Shown in pieces: positions 29,775 to 43,024 of a stretch of DNA of 64,000 nt. The notes under the pieces were generated by a model. That model worked only from the letters and a program-made list of their open reading frames with translations. It was not told where the DNA came from and searched no databases. Every line of letters begins with the position of its first letter. Position 1 is the stretch's first letter. The stretch comes from Octopus sinensis (lineage: Eukaryota): positions 158,968,001 to 159,032,000 of the forward strand of contig NC_042997.1 of the NCBI RefSeq assembly GCF_006345805.1, given 5' to 3'. A program made the translations under genes and the position numbers.

Positions 29775-30621
29775 AATATCAAATTTGGCACAATGCCAGC
29801 AATTTCGTGCGACAGAGTAAGTCGATTACATCGACTCCAGCCATCTACTGGTAGTTATTTTATCGACTCCGAAAAGATGAAAGGCAAATCGACCTCGGCG
29901 GAATTTGAATTCAGAACGTAAAGACGGACAACATGACACAAGGAATGCACGTTCAGGGGAGTGTGTAAGTTGATTACATCGACCTCACTGCTCAGTTAGT
30001 AATTATTCTACCGACGTCTTAAGGAGAAAAAAAAGGCAAAAGCGACCTCGGTGGAATTTGAATTCAAAACGTAAAGATGGACGAAATACCGGAAAGCACT
30101 GCCTGGCGTGCTAACGATTCTGCCAGTACGTTGCTTCTACTAAATGTAAAATATTTATTTCTTAATTGCCCACAGAGTGATAAATATAGAGGGGACAAAC
30201 AAGGACAGACAAATGGATTAAGTTGATTACACTGACCTCATTGCGTAACTGGTACTTATTTAATCGACCTCGGAAGGATGAAAGGCAAAATCGACTTCGG
30301 CGGGATTTGAACTCAGAACGTAACGGCAGATGAAATACGGCTAGACATTTCGCCCGGCGTGCTAACGATTCTGCCAGCCCGCCACCCCAACTAAATGTAA
30401 AATATTCTTTTCTACTCTAGGCACAAGGCTCGAAATTTTAGGAAAGAGGGCCAGTCGATTACATCGACCCCAGTATGCAACTGGTACTTAATTTATCAAC
30501 CTCGAAAGGATGAAAGGCAAAGTCGACCTCGGCGGAATTCAAACTCAAAACGTAGCGGCAGACGAAATGCCGCTAGGCATTTCACCCGACGTGCTACCGA
30601 TTCTGCCAGCCCGCTGCCCTA
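29775..30621 (-). mobile_element. tandem stack of family 2 SINEs (about 29775-30137 composite, 30156-30389, 30407-30621)
   Basis: Each is a reverse-complement SINE; the copies are separated by the identical 17-mer ACTAAATGTAAAATATT. Confidence 0.85.
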
Positions 30622-31413
30622 ACTAAATGTAAAATATTGAATAAGTTGAGTTTGTCAGACATACTTAAACCAATACTGTATTTTATATTTGGCTCAAGCG
30701 TCGATAGTTTTAAATATTTTAAATGTGTTAATTTTAAATGTGCTGGTGTATTTAATTATATTTTCTACACGTTAACAACACATCCTAATTAACATATTTC
30801 TATCAAAATAACACTTCAAATCCTCCCCTCTTTCTTTCATCACGCTACACTTCCCACTTTCGTACAATGTGCCAAATATTCTTTTTTTTTTTCCTAGTGC
30901 AATTCTTTCTTTGTCCTTGTGCAATTTTTCATAACATCATTTTTCAAATATCAAACATATAAATTCTATTAGATTTTATTAATCTAAGCCTTTTCCTTTT
31001 TTCTATCGTAACATGCATTTCTACGTATTCAGGAAATCTTTTTTTTTTCTCATCGCACCGGTTATTGAAAAGATAAAGCGATGTTTTCCTATGTAAATTA
31101 ACCTTCAGGTAAAGTAAAAAAAAAAAGGCGTATTTAGGATACTCTACAGCGTTATAAATTTAGACTCAAAATGCAATATGGCTGCTCTTTGACAAAAACG
31201 AGAAAGAACGAGAAAAAACGAAAGGGAAGTTGTAAAGAAAATGTAGAATGACAAAAGAAGAAAAAAGAGAGAGAGAAGGAGATAAGACATGTATTTTGAA
31301 TCTGAATAATTGACTGAAAAGACACCGCACGCTATTCTAGCTTGTTTAATCATCGTATTTTCTAAGACCTGAAACAAATAGTACCACGCATTTAAAACCT
31401 GTGTATATTTGAT

Positions 31414-31449
<36 letters not shown>

Positions 31450-31601
31450 ACGGGAAGCTTTATGAAAATAGACAAAAGACGAAGGCAGGTGGAAAACAAA
31501 CAAACAATTGTATTAGTATGGCGCTCAGGAAATATAAATATATATATATATGTATGTATGTATGTATGTATGCATGATGCATGTATGTGCATGTATATAT
31601 A

Positions 31602-31632
<31 letters not shown>

Positions 31633-34600
31633 CTTCATTTCAACAGACAGCCTGTTGGAATGAAGAAATAGGTCAACATAGAATTTTATAATGTCTAACT
31701 TTTCCCTGATGACATTTTGCTCATAACTTATAAATACAAACCTATGGATTGCGATAACATACGTCGTTGCAAGACAAGAAGCTGGGTGTCTACTATCACA
31801 GGTAGCAAGATTATCAAGAGAAATTCCATTGAACTTATTGCCTTAAGTTGACGCCTGTAACCATTTTATAGACAGGACAAAATAGAAACCACTTGAGAAA
31901 TTATATGAACGTGATGAAGAGCTACTTAAAAATAGAGTATCTTAAGTACTTAAATTGCAACGTAAATTAAATGTACTGACAAACTACGTTCATTGGAAAT
32001 ATACTGCTCTCATTAGCAAAATGAACCAACACAAATGTACAGTATATAACATTATCAATATCTCTCTAGCTCTGCGCTTGAGGAAATTATCAAAAGCAAA
32101 GAAGTGCAACCACACCGAAAATGACGGCAATAATATGAAGATAGGATTGCTGCCATTTGAAAAACACGTGCTTACGGACGGGGAAGGAAAGATATAGTCA
32201 GCCAAAAGCAAAACCTATACAAAAAATTCAAAACACTTTTTCTTCAAATCCACAAATCACTGAGTGAACGATTGAGTATAAAACGAGTTTTGAAAAAAAC
32301 CACTTTGACTTGATGTTATCCATAATCAATCAAATTACTAAAAAAGAACTATCAAAAGTTGAAGTTGATTGTTTTTGGACATCGATACCTTATTGTAGTG
32401 TGCTGCAATTATCATTAGCCAAAAGATAAGAGTAACAAAGATATTTCGAAATGATAGCACACAAAGAAAATAGATCACTATTTTCTGAATGAAAATCGAC
32501 AGACAGCAGAGAAAAATAATCAGACAGTTGGAAACTATCATAAGATGCAAAGTAACTAATAAATTCAAGAACACTAGTTGCATCATTATCATAAGCTATC
32601 CAAGATCTCCAGACGAGAGTCATTCCATAAAAGTAATTCGTAAAGCTTTGTTATATCAGAAAATTACAAAAACATTGACCTATTAGTCGTAAGTTTGCAT
32701 TAAACCCACAAACTTTATATATCGCAGCTTACAGGATCATATTATAAAGACTGACTGCAAATGCTCATCTCGGCATGATGGATGCATTCTGAGTGAGATT
32801 TGGAAAGCAAATAGGCATAAGCATTTCATCCTCTATGTAATATAGTTAAACGAGTTACGGAGTGAGTACCCTGTAAATATCTCTTCTAAAATCTATATCT
32901 ATATTAATGTAAGTTCACTGAGAGTACTATGTCCTCTAAGTTGTGCACTTGTGTGTACACATGTGTTTACAACTAGGAAAGAAAGTTTTTCAATGTGAAT
33001 GAAATTTCTTCCTAATTGAAGAAATTTGAGCGATGAATATTCGCATGAGTGCACACATAGTTTTCAAACAAAAACAATATTTGCACACAATGAGTTCTCA
33101 AAAGTGAACACGACAGCATACTGAAAACAAGTGAAGAACGCTAAAAGGTGTGGCTGTTTCGTACGACCCGTCACTCAATGTAGCTATTCAAGCAAAACCT
33201 TGAAGGAGAAGCTCTCGTCATATCAGGAGAAAATTAGGTGTGAGTAAATATCCGGCATGCTAGAGAATATATATGAAATCCATGAGTAACTTCTGGACAT
33301 ATGATCGATATAATATATGCCAAATAGAAGGCTACACATTCATTAATCGTGTACAAGTAAGAGTCATTAAATGTCTAAGGTGTGAAAGGAAGGATTTTGC
33401 CCCAACCCACCATTTATGAAGGAAAATTTCGATGGAGTCATAACATTGTGGAAGATATTCCTACATCATAACCAGCTGCACAACAATATCTGTAAGTAAT
33501 ACTTTCACATAATGCATAACATATTGTGTTGCGCAAACTGTTTATCCGTAAGATTCTTCTGTCTGTTAACCTGAACACACGTCAGAGCCAGAATGTAGCT
33601 ACACTTTTTAAACTAAAGAATACTGGTAAAGTATTCGATTAAAGTGGTAATTCAATGTAAAGAGAGTAAGCGCAATATTGTGGTACGAGACAAGGATCAA
33701 AATCCATGCATTGTTGTATAGTTGTAGAGAAAAGGTGAATATCTCGTCTTGTGTATAAGAGAATACTTACGATAAACAAAAAGCAAAACCAACAGCTATC
33801 GTTTGTTGGTTGTAGATTTTCATACGTTCATATTATCAAAGGCGTACCGCACTATATAACAAATTTACATAAAAGCTTGGAAATGCTGTTTTTTTTTATG
33901 GAAGAACAAAGCAAACTGACTTTCACTCGCCAGTTATAATCTGTTACGGACAGCTTAGCATAAACACTACCACTTTCTCCAGACCTATGAAGTAATTAAG
34001 TAAATTACTGTTGCAAAATATTCCAAAGATTTTCCTTTGCAATTTCTCAAAGTTAGCTTAAATACACATTAACATATATACATGCATGTGCAAATGCATG
34101 CATACATTTTGTGCACCATTACTTGTGTCCATCTGTATTTATAAATAGACCCATATATATGCACACATTTATTCATTCATATATTTACAAATCTTTGAGA
34201 CAATCTTAATTCTGATTAAGAGGTCTTGTCATTTTGTTAGTGTCCGGCTTGAATTCTGCAATGAAGAAGTGTAATTACCAAGAAAACATGCAAACATACA
34301 TTCAGAAAGGCGATATCAGGTAGATTTTTCAGTTCAGAAAACACTATCGCAAATTGAAGATAGCATAGCTTTAAATATTCGTCTTGGAATAATATCATTT
34401 TTCTCAGAGCAATTAGATTCTTGAAAAAAGCTAACAATGCTTTAAAAAGTATTATTAATTTTTAAGGGACCAATTCATTAGACCCCATTTTAAGATTCTA
34501 TCACACACAGTAATTCGTCGTAAACGGATACCAAAATGAAGTGCCTACGTGGTTAAATAACTAGTTAGCAATAACAACAAAAATCTCCCTCAAATGATAT

Positions 34601-36641
34601 CCTGTACATTTAGTCACTGATATACAAGAATGGAGATGATCATGGGCGAACGGTTTTGATCATACACCTGTCTGATAATAGGAAATATGCCGCAGAACAA
34701 CAACTTCAAACGGTTTTTTCAACATACCTTACAAAAAACAAAAAACATTTGGTAATCACTAGAAATTTTATTTTTAGATTTTTTTGCTTTCACTTTTGTG
34801 TTGATAATACAATTCTGATCAAGGATCCCTAACATTTTATGATCTCAGAATAATGCCTCAACATTACCATGACAACATTATTCATGCTAACGGAGCCTTT
34901 AGATATTTAAGCAAGTCTGTTTTCTTGCTCCATCAAGCAAATTAAGGAGTCCTAAACAGCTAGAAATACCAGATCACTGCCAAATGTATTATCCTGTTTT
35001 TAAATTTTCAGACTTTATTTGATGATCTGATGTATGGTATTCAAAAAGACGTAATGGTCGAAGCTGCACGCATTTCATTACAAGCCTGATCGATCAAAAC
35101 TAGCTTCGCTGTAACAACTATAACACTTTATATTTGTTTACATTTGCTTAAAGATTTATCTGTCAGTTCTGCCAGTATCTGAAAGCCTATTTACACAGAT
35201 GAGGTCAGACTAACACTGAAACATGTTTAGAATTGTTTTCTATCATAAAATGAAAAATATATTAATTTTCAATTAATATAGGTTTCTCGATCACCACAAA
35301 ATTATTTGAAACTACATTTTTCAAAATTAGTTGAAACTATTTTTGTCATTAACGTACTTAACATGTAGTGCACGTTTTTAAACTAGTATAAAAAAAGGAA
35401 GCATGGAGATAAAGGTCTTATTTGTTGTAAAACAAAAACAAAGCATTTTCAGAATACCGTGAGCGACTCACTAAGCTTCGGATGAATATTGCATGAGAAT
35501 TTTACAATTTTTAATTGGATTAGTCTGGAAGAAGGAGGTTGTACAAATGGCCTTTGCAGACCCTCTGAGACTTGAGAAAATGTGCTGTTTACGCCAAAAT
35601 TTACACCATACGACTGCCGAATACGTCGATCAATAAAACAATAAAACGCTTCATATCACAAGTCATCTTCTTCTGACAATATGAAAATCAGAAAACGTAT
35701 GTTCTATGCCGAAAAACAAAAACAATATTATCAACAACAACAAAAAAGAAAAGAAAAAAATGAAAATAAATTCCAGTAAAAAAAAGTCTTCTTTTTCTGT
35801 CTAGTTATGATAAGCTTTGATCTAATCCATTCTTCGAATAACTAATTAAATACAGGCCAATCGATACTGACCCATCACAAAACAAAATAAAAGAAAAAGA
35901 AAAACGACAGGAGAGTTTTGTGTACACATATCTATACATCACACACATACACACGCAGCACACGTGCACTCACACACTTTCACACAGAGAGACACACACA
36001 TACACAAATGAAGATATTAGTTCGAGCGTATGCAAAATGTCTGCGTGTATATTGAAATTACGTGTGTATATATATTTTTTTTATTCTTGTTATTGTTTAT
36101 TATTTATTGTCTGGGTGTTTATATGTTATATAAAACATCAATGCTGGAGCGGCAATGAAATGAGAATCAACACCAATTTGCGCCGTTGCTTTCCACATTA
36201 TGAGAGGAAAAGATCAATGCTGGGGGTAAACAAAATAGAACCGAAACACAAGCTTCTGAATGGTGCTAATGAAGTAACGTCCACACATTATGTTATGGGC
36301 TGAGTTGACAAAAAAAATTGATAACAAGAAGCTGGAATGTATATGTCAGTGATTTGATGTCAGTCATCCCAATAGACATTCTCTGGATTCGGTCTAGGTT
36401 GTGTGTATGCATAGAATTTATACAACCCCAGATGTGGGTTCAATACTTTGTTATGGTTCTCACATTAGCTTCGTAGAGTATTAAAAACGATCAAAGGTCC
36501 GTCTCGAGTCATTGGCTCATAAGGCCGGTTTGATGTATTATGTGACGAATATATTCCCACCACATATGGGACACTGTAGCTGCTATATATTTTTACACAT
36601 ACGCATATGCATATATATGTCTAAGTGTTTGCATATATATG

Positions 36642-36815
36642 AGGACACATGGCCTGGTGGTTAGAGTGTTGCATCCATGATCGAGAGATTGTGGTTTCAA
36701 TTCATAGACGGGTGGAGCAAAACACTTCATCTTACGTTACTCTGCGATCACTTCCACACCTAATGTCGATCGGTGAAAGCTGAACACTCATACTTCGTCT
36801 TCGAGGAGAAAGTTC
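36642..36815 (+). mobile_element. tRNA-head SINE fragment (family 4)
   Basis: gaggacacatggcctggtggttagagtg..gtggtttcaattc has A- and B-box-like motifs; ends at (TG)n. Confidence 0.55.
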
Positions 36816-36852
36816 ATTACATGTGTGTGTGTGTATGTGTGTGTGTATGTGC

Positions 36853-36886
<34 letters not shown>

Positions 36887-37324
36887 TTTCAATGTCTAAG
36901 GATAACAAGGAAAACATAAATAAATAGTTACCAGGCTAGCAAAAGTTCACGTAAGTTACAAAGATGTTGCAGCTTATAAAAGTATAAATTCTAGGGTTAA
37001 GTGAAATGTTTTTCGATAACATGAATAAATTAAGAAATGGTATCAAACGCAGGTGTTATTCAAATCATTTAAACTTCCATCGTATGTTTTGAGATTATTC
37101 CGGAGGGAATAAAAATGGTGTAAAACAGTGCACTCATCCCCTCGGGGAAAAAGAAACAAAACACATCAATAAGCCATTTGAACCGAATGTGATTACCGCG
37201 TGCGTAAGCATATAATATAAGGAGAACGCTAGCAAGTTATTTAAGAAAACACGTTAGTAGATTTAACGTTTAAGGTAAATTAGAGAAAGAGGAGGAGAAA
37301 GAAAGAGATTAACAGCAAAAACAA

Positions 37325-37706
37325 GAGTGGCTGTGTGGTAAGTAGCTTGCTTAACAACCACATGGTACCGGGTTCAGTACCACTGCGTAGTACCTAGGAC
37401 AAGTGTCTTCTATTATAGCCTCGGGCCGACCAAACCCTTGTGAGTGGATCTGGTAGACGGAAACTGAAAGAAGCTCGTCGTATATATGCATACATGTTTG
37501 CGTGTCTGTGTTTGTGTGTATATATGTTTGCGTGCCCACCAACATCGCTTGACAACCTATGGTGGTGTGTTTACGTCCCCGTAACTTGGCACTTCGGCAA
37601 AAGAGACCGATAGAATAAGTACTAGGCTTACAAAGACTAATTCTTGGGGTCGATTTGCTCGACTCAAGGCGGTGCTCTAGCATGCCACAGTCAAATGACT
37701 GAAATA
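37325..37706 (+). mobile_element. tRNA-related SINE (family 1)
   Basis: gtggctgtgtggtaagtagcttgc..ccgggttcagt head; homologous to 37872-38285. Confidence 0.88.
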
Positions 37707-37871
37707 ATAGAGAGAGAAAGAAAAAGAGAGTTGAAAAATATAATGTGATAGATAAATGGGAACAAAGTTTAAAAGCGTGGGAACAGATGTATGTAGTGGA
37801 AATGAAATGTAAGAAGACAGTTAAAGCTCGAACTTTATAAACTGGTAGAAATTACTAATAGGAAGTAAAAG

Positions 37872-38285
37872 CGCAGGAGTGGCTGTGTGGTAAGTAGCTT
37901 GTTTACCAACCACATGGTTCCGGGTTCAGTCCTACTGTGTAGCACCTTGGGCAAGTGTTTTCTACTATAGCCTCGGACCGACCAAAGCCTTGTGAGTGGA
38001 TTTGGTAGACGGAAACTAAAAGAAGCCTGTCGTATATATGTATATACATATATGTGTGTGTGTGTGTGTTTGTGTGTCTGTGTTTGTCCCCCTAGCATTG
38101 CTTGAAAACCGATGCTGGTGTGTTTATGTCCCCGTTACTTAGCGGTTCGGCAAAAGAGATCGATAGAATAAGTACTGGGCTTACAAAGAATAAGTCCCGG
38201 GGTCGAGTTGCTCGATTAAAGGCGGTGCTCCAGCATGGCCGCAGTCAAATGACTGAAACAAGTAAAAGAGAGTAAAAAAGAGAGT
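37872..38285 (+). mobile_element. tRNA-related SINE (family 1)
   Basis: Full head, body and tail ..ccagcatggccgcagtcaaatgactgaaacaagtaaaagag. Confidence 0.9.
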
Positions 38286-39142
38286 AAAGGGAGTATGTGT
38301 TTGCCAATATTTACAGCGATAAACGCGTTCTTTAATGATGAAAAGGATGAAAAATAGCTCTTCATTACAGAGCGGACAAAAAGATTTACCTTTGCCAAAT
38401 GGGAGAGACCTAAATAGAATTTTCCACCTTTAAAGAACGCGTTTATCGTTGTAAACATTGGCAAAAGCGTACCTTTTCTTCCTATAAGTGATTTCTACCA
38501 ATCTATAAAATTGGAGCTTTAACTGTCTTCTTACATCATATACTTACGTACGTAGTAATCATATTCGGTTAAAATGGCTTATTGATGTGTTTTGCTTCCT
38601 TTTTCCTGACGAGATGATTGCATTGTTTTACATCATTTTGATCCTCTCCAGAATAATTTCAATGTTTTTTTCGAATATATGTTGGAAGTATAAATGATTT
38701 GAATAACACCTGCTTTTGACTCCATTTCTTAACTTATCCATATATATAATGGACTCCCCCCTCTAAGACAAAATATGGGTGTAACCGGCTTAGGGTGAAA
38801 AGGATAAATATATATACATATATATATATATATAGTCAGTGTAACACGGTATCAGAGTTGGTATGATATTGAATGATTATTCATATGAAAAGTAGTGGGT
38901 ACTAAACCCAGAATATCGATATATCTTCTGATACAAGTTATAATCTGTTCATTCAATTTTATGTTGCTCCAACTTGTTAATATGTTTACATGTAAAAATA
39001 TAAGCATAACTATATACATATGTATGCCATTGTTCAGTGTTATTTTAAGATTTCTTGCCAATAGAGAAAGAACCGTTTTCTAAGCTAGATCCAAGGTTCC
39101 TTCACTGGAATTTCAACATCAACAACAGGGTACTTTCGTTTG

Positions 39143-39143
<1 letters not shown>

Positions 39144-39174
<31 letters not shown>

Positions 39175-39204
39175 TGTATGTATGTATGTATGTATGCATG
39201 TATG

Positions 39205-39250
<46 letters not shown>

Positions 39251-39270
39251 GATATATGTGTATATATATA
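39144..39270. repeat. (TATG)n/(TA)n microsatellite
   Basis: Direct reading. Confidence 0.95.
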
Positions 39271-39334
39271 TGCAGATTTTTGTTTTGCTTTAGGTCGATA
39301 TGCTCATGCATATAGTTGCATATCTAGACATGCA

Positions 39335-39745
39335 CATATATATTTAAATGCTAAACCTCTGGAAAGTTTTACAGATTTTTACGGTTCCAGTGATGGATTG
39401 GATCTGTAGTCTTCGAATTAGCTTTCTTCTTTCTGGTTTTAAGAAGCCTAATTTATCAAGATTGGTATTAAGGCAGTGTGTTACATATCTCAGTATCCGA
39501 ATAATTACAGGTATAAACCTGAACTTGGACTCTGGATAGAGTAAACGCAGATTTCTCAACAGTTCAGCGTAAATATTCTCTTTTTCACCGATCTTCAGCT
39601 TTATTTTAACACCCGCTGGGAAGCTAATCTCCACAACGGTACACAGATTCTCTTCTCTATCCCAAATCATTATATCAAGTCTTGGTGTGCTTCCATTTTA
39701 TTGAGGTCTTCACTGAGACCTTCCACCAGTATTCCTTTTTATCTT
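39335..39745 (-). mobile_element. RLE retrotransposon family H, 3' fragment
   Basis: ORF 39344..39670 (IWDREENLCTVVEIS.P..EKENIYAELLRNL..IPVII..GTVKICKTF) with upstream KEYWW; distinct from families A-G. Confidence 0.8.
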
Positions 39746-40292
39746 GAGTGGCTATGGCTATATATGTATTTATATGTGTGTGTGCGTGTGTGTGTGTGTG
39801 AATATGTTATATGTGTGTATGTATGTGTACGATGGATATATGCCCTTCAGGATATACCTTAACAGAGTGTGCACTACTCCCAATCTAGAATATGATTAAA
39901 AAGCTTTTAACTACAGATCTCAAATATTAAAGTATATAATCCATTGAAATACAAAACAAAACCTCAATCTAAATTCACGATAAATACTTTTTAAAAGATT
40001 TCATCAAATAGATTTCTTTGTATTCATCATAGTATTCGTTGAAGCCTTTTCTATAGTAATTCACTTTACCTATAGTTATGTTCCATAAAAACTTCATTTT
40101 AGGTGTATTTATATAGATTATAAATAAATATATACGTGTGTGTATGTTCATGTTTATGTATGCATGCATATATGTATGTTTGAACGTATGCATGTGTGTG
40201 TATATGCATAAAAAATTCAAAGTCGTAGAGTTGTTAAATGGAGTTGTTGGAATAAAAGGTATAATATAAGGGAGTTAAAAGTTGCGCATAAA

Positions 40293-41121
40293 GTCCCTTT
40301 TAATTGTTTCTAGAAGAACTATGCAAATGACGTATATTTCATGAAACGTCTTTAGAGTGGAATAATTAAGGAATACCCATTATCACAACTATATTCATTA
40401 CCGACAGACGCAGTTATTAATATCGAGAAATAATATTTAACCCCTCTTGAAAGAGGATGTTCTGTTAGAACAATCTTTATTGCGGTAGATACTATGACAG
40501 AAACTCTCATATGAGCTTTTGGTGCAAAATGCACGCTTCTTTATATTGCTAGCGGGAAGATAAATCCCAGCGACTATATATATATATATATATACACATA
40601 TATACATACATACATATTCGAGAAGATCACTGGCTAAATGTAATGCCAGTTCCTGCTTTGTCACTGATCTTCTACATAAATGGCGGTGCCCCAGCATGGC
40701 CACAGCTCGTGAGCTGAAACTAGATAAAATAAAAAATAAAAAAAATAAAAAATAAAATATCGCTGGAGGGGAGGGGAGTCGCTGCAATCTCTATCAGTCG
40801 AGCGTCGATGACACCAAGGAAGATCGAAATCACGTGACCTGGTGATCTGGTCTTGGTGCTAGAGTTGGTGGGATTTATCTCCCCGTTAGCAATATGAATA
40901 AGCGTGCATTTTGCACCAAAAGCCTATAAAAAGCCTATAGCAATAAATTTTGTTCTACAAGAACATCCATGTTTAAGTGAGAAGAAATATTACCCATCCT
41001 TTATTAGAGATATTCCTTAATTCTTCCTCCCTAACGACAGATAGTTAGCTTTTATATGGAAATCTTTGATCGATGAGATAGACACCATTTACACAGCTAT
41101 TCTAGAAACAGATTGAAGGAC
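40293..41121. repeat. long imperfect inverted repeat (arms about 40293-40569 and 40869-41121), MITE-like
   Basis: Core 40515-40569 versus 40869-40923 matches 51/55 in reverse complement; further matching blocks extend to both outer ends. Confidence 0.8.
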
Positions 41122-41129
41122 ATTATATA

Positions 41130-41188
<59 letters not shown>

Positions 41189-41195
41189 TATGTAT

Positions 41196-42856
41196 ACTAG
41201 CAGTATCGCCGGCGTTGCTCGGGTTTGTTTCGACCCGCTGGAATTGTAATTTTGAAAAGTAAAAATTTTGTGAACATTTTTCTGGTCGAAATACACCGAA
41301 AAGTGGCGACACAGCAGTGAAAAAATCGTAAAAAATAGGGATTTTCATAGAAAAAAGCATCTTTTTGATGTAAATAATTTTTGGTGTTAACATGGTCCGA
41401 TTTGAATTTTATGTTCTACGGAAGGAAGAGCAACCTTCTTCTACCATACTCTCAATTTTGGTCAACTTGCGCCGCAGGGTCTCGGAGGAGATAGTGTTAG
41501 TTGAAGGTTACCATTCTAGGTGCCTGAGTAACAACCTCGCGGATTTACAGATAAATGAATTAATTACTATTTTACAGAATAAAATTAAATAATTCTTGAA
41601 AATAATTAATATTAATATTTTTTGAACAAAGTAAATAATTTTTAAAACTTAAATAATAATTTTTTTTAACAAACGCGAACGGGGAAAAGGGGGTGGCGAA
41701 TTCGATTTACATACCTAAATTTTTCTTTTTCATGACATTGTAGCAAAATAGTAGTGAATTATATAAATACCAGCAGTACATTTTTTTTCTGGGGTATTTT
41801 TTCAACCTCGTCACATATTTGCCCCTTTCAATTTAAACAAAGTCTTAATTAAGCAATTACGGCAGCTTAGCAATGGTTTCAATACAGGCGTGACATCTGT
41901 ATCTCAATTGTTCAAAACCCTTCGAATTTTTTCGCACGTGATGATATCATAGTGAAAACTTTCAATTACGCGCGCTTAGAAGTACGCTCGCAAATTAATA
42001 CTACCCAAATTTTGAAGTTCGCGCTCCGCTTGGGTGTGTGTGTGTGTGCGTGCTTTAGGTGTACGTAGGTATGTGTTTTTGTGTGTGTGTGTCACTGAAG
42101 CCATACATACATATATACATACATAACCTCTCTCTCTCTTTTCTCTCTCAGTCACTCACTACACAAGTGAATAAAAAAAGTTCAGTTATTTCTGTCTTTC
42201 ACTCTGTCTGTCTCTTTACACACACTAACAAAAGCACTTCACTTACACACCACACTTTCTGTGTCGCACAACCCATCAAACACCACACAACACACACACA
42301 CACACTCACGCACGCACACATGTACATCAATGCTTTCGGAGTGAAATGTTAAAATATTGAGTTTTCTCGAATTTTGTCTTAATTGGGGGTGAATTGAAAG
42401 AAATATATTATGGCATGACCGAATGGAGTACTTTGAAAAATCTTAGGTAAACTCTAATTGAAGAAATTGTGTGAGGAGTAAATCGTTATGTATTTATTTG
42501 TTTCTGTTTGCTGTGTTTTTTTATTTTTTGAGTAGTGGTTTAAATACTTTCAGTTTAGTCTTCCTCAAATCACTCTGTCGCTATTTACTTTCATTTTATT
42601 CGTTGCACACTGTGGGTGTGCGTGTGCGTGTGGTGTAAACCACATTAAGAAAAGCATTTGACATACACACCAGAATGTGAGTTTTCTGTAAATTTTGCTT
42701 AATTGGAGTTTAAATTTTAAAAACTGGACCTGGCATGACCCGATGCCTTCTACTCTTAAAAATGCTAGGTAAATTGTAATTGAAGAAATCCTATATTGTA
42801 GATTTCTATAAGTTACAAAGGGAGGCAGATAAAATCTGCCTTTTATAATAAGAGAT
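41196..42856 (+). mobile_element. non-autonomous Helitron/Helentron-type element
   Basis: Starts ACTAG..CGCCGGCGTTGCTCGGG; ends with hairpin AGGCAGAT-AAA-ATCTGCCT (42823-42841) then TTTATAATAAGAGAT; internal microsatellites and a ~130-bp internal duplication. Confidence 0.6.
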
Positions 42857-42879
42857 ATGTGTATAAATATATATATATA

Positions 42880-42882
42880 TAC

Positions 42883-42915
<33 letters not shown>

Positions 42916-43022
42916 TGTATGTATGTATGTATGTATGTATGTATGTTGTGTGGTGTATGTGTATGTATGTATGTATGTATGTATGTATGTATGTATGTAT
43001 GTATGTATGTATGTATGTATGT
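42880..43022. repeat. (TATG)n microsatellite
   Basis: Direct reading. Confidence 0.95.
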
Positions 43023-43024
43023 AT

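Larger units (their letters stand above)
37021..38741. repeat. long imperfect inverted repeat interrupted by two SINEs
   Basis: 38430-38741 is the reverse complement of three separated left-arm pieces: 38300-38335, about 37805-37872 and 37021-37230. Confidence 0.75.

Noticed and set aside
34237-34437. Minus-strand 66-aa ORF that reads like a real protein
   Set aside because: Short, no recognisable motif, no clear splice signals; within chance expectation.
27343-38285. tRNA-like A/B boxes at SINE heads as real tRNA genes
   Set aside because: No complete cloverleaf could be drawn and each continues into a repeated SINE body.
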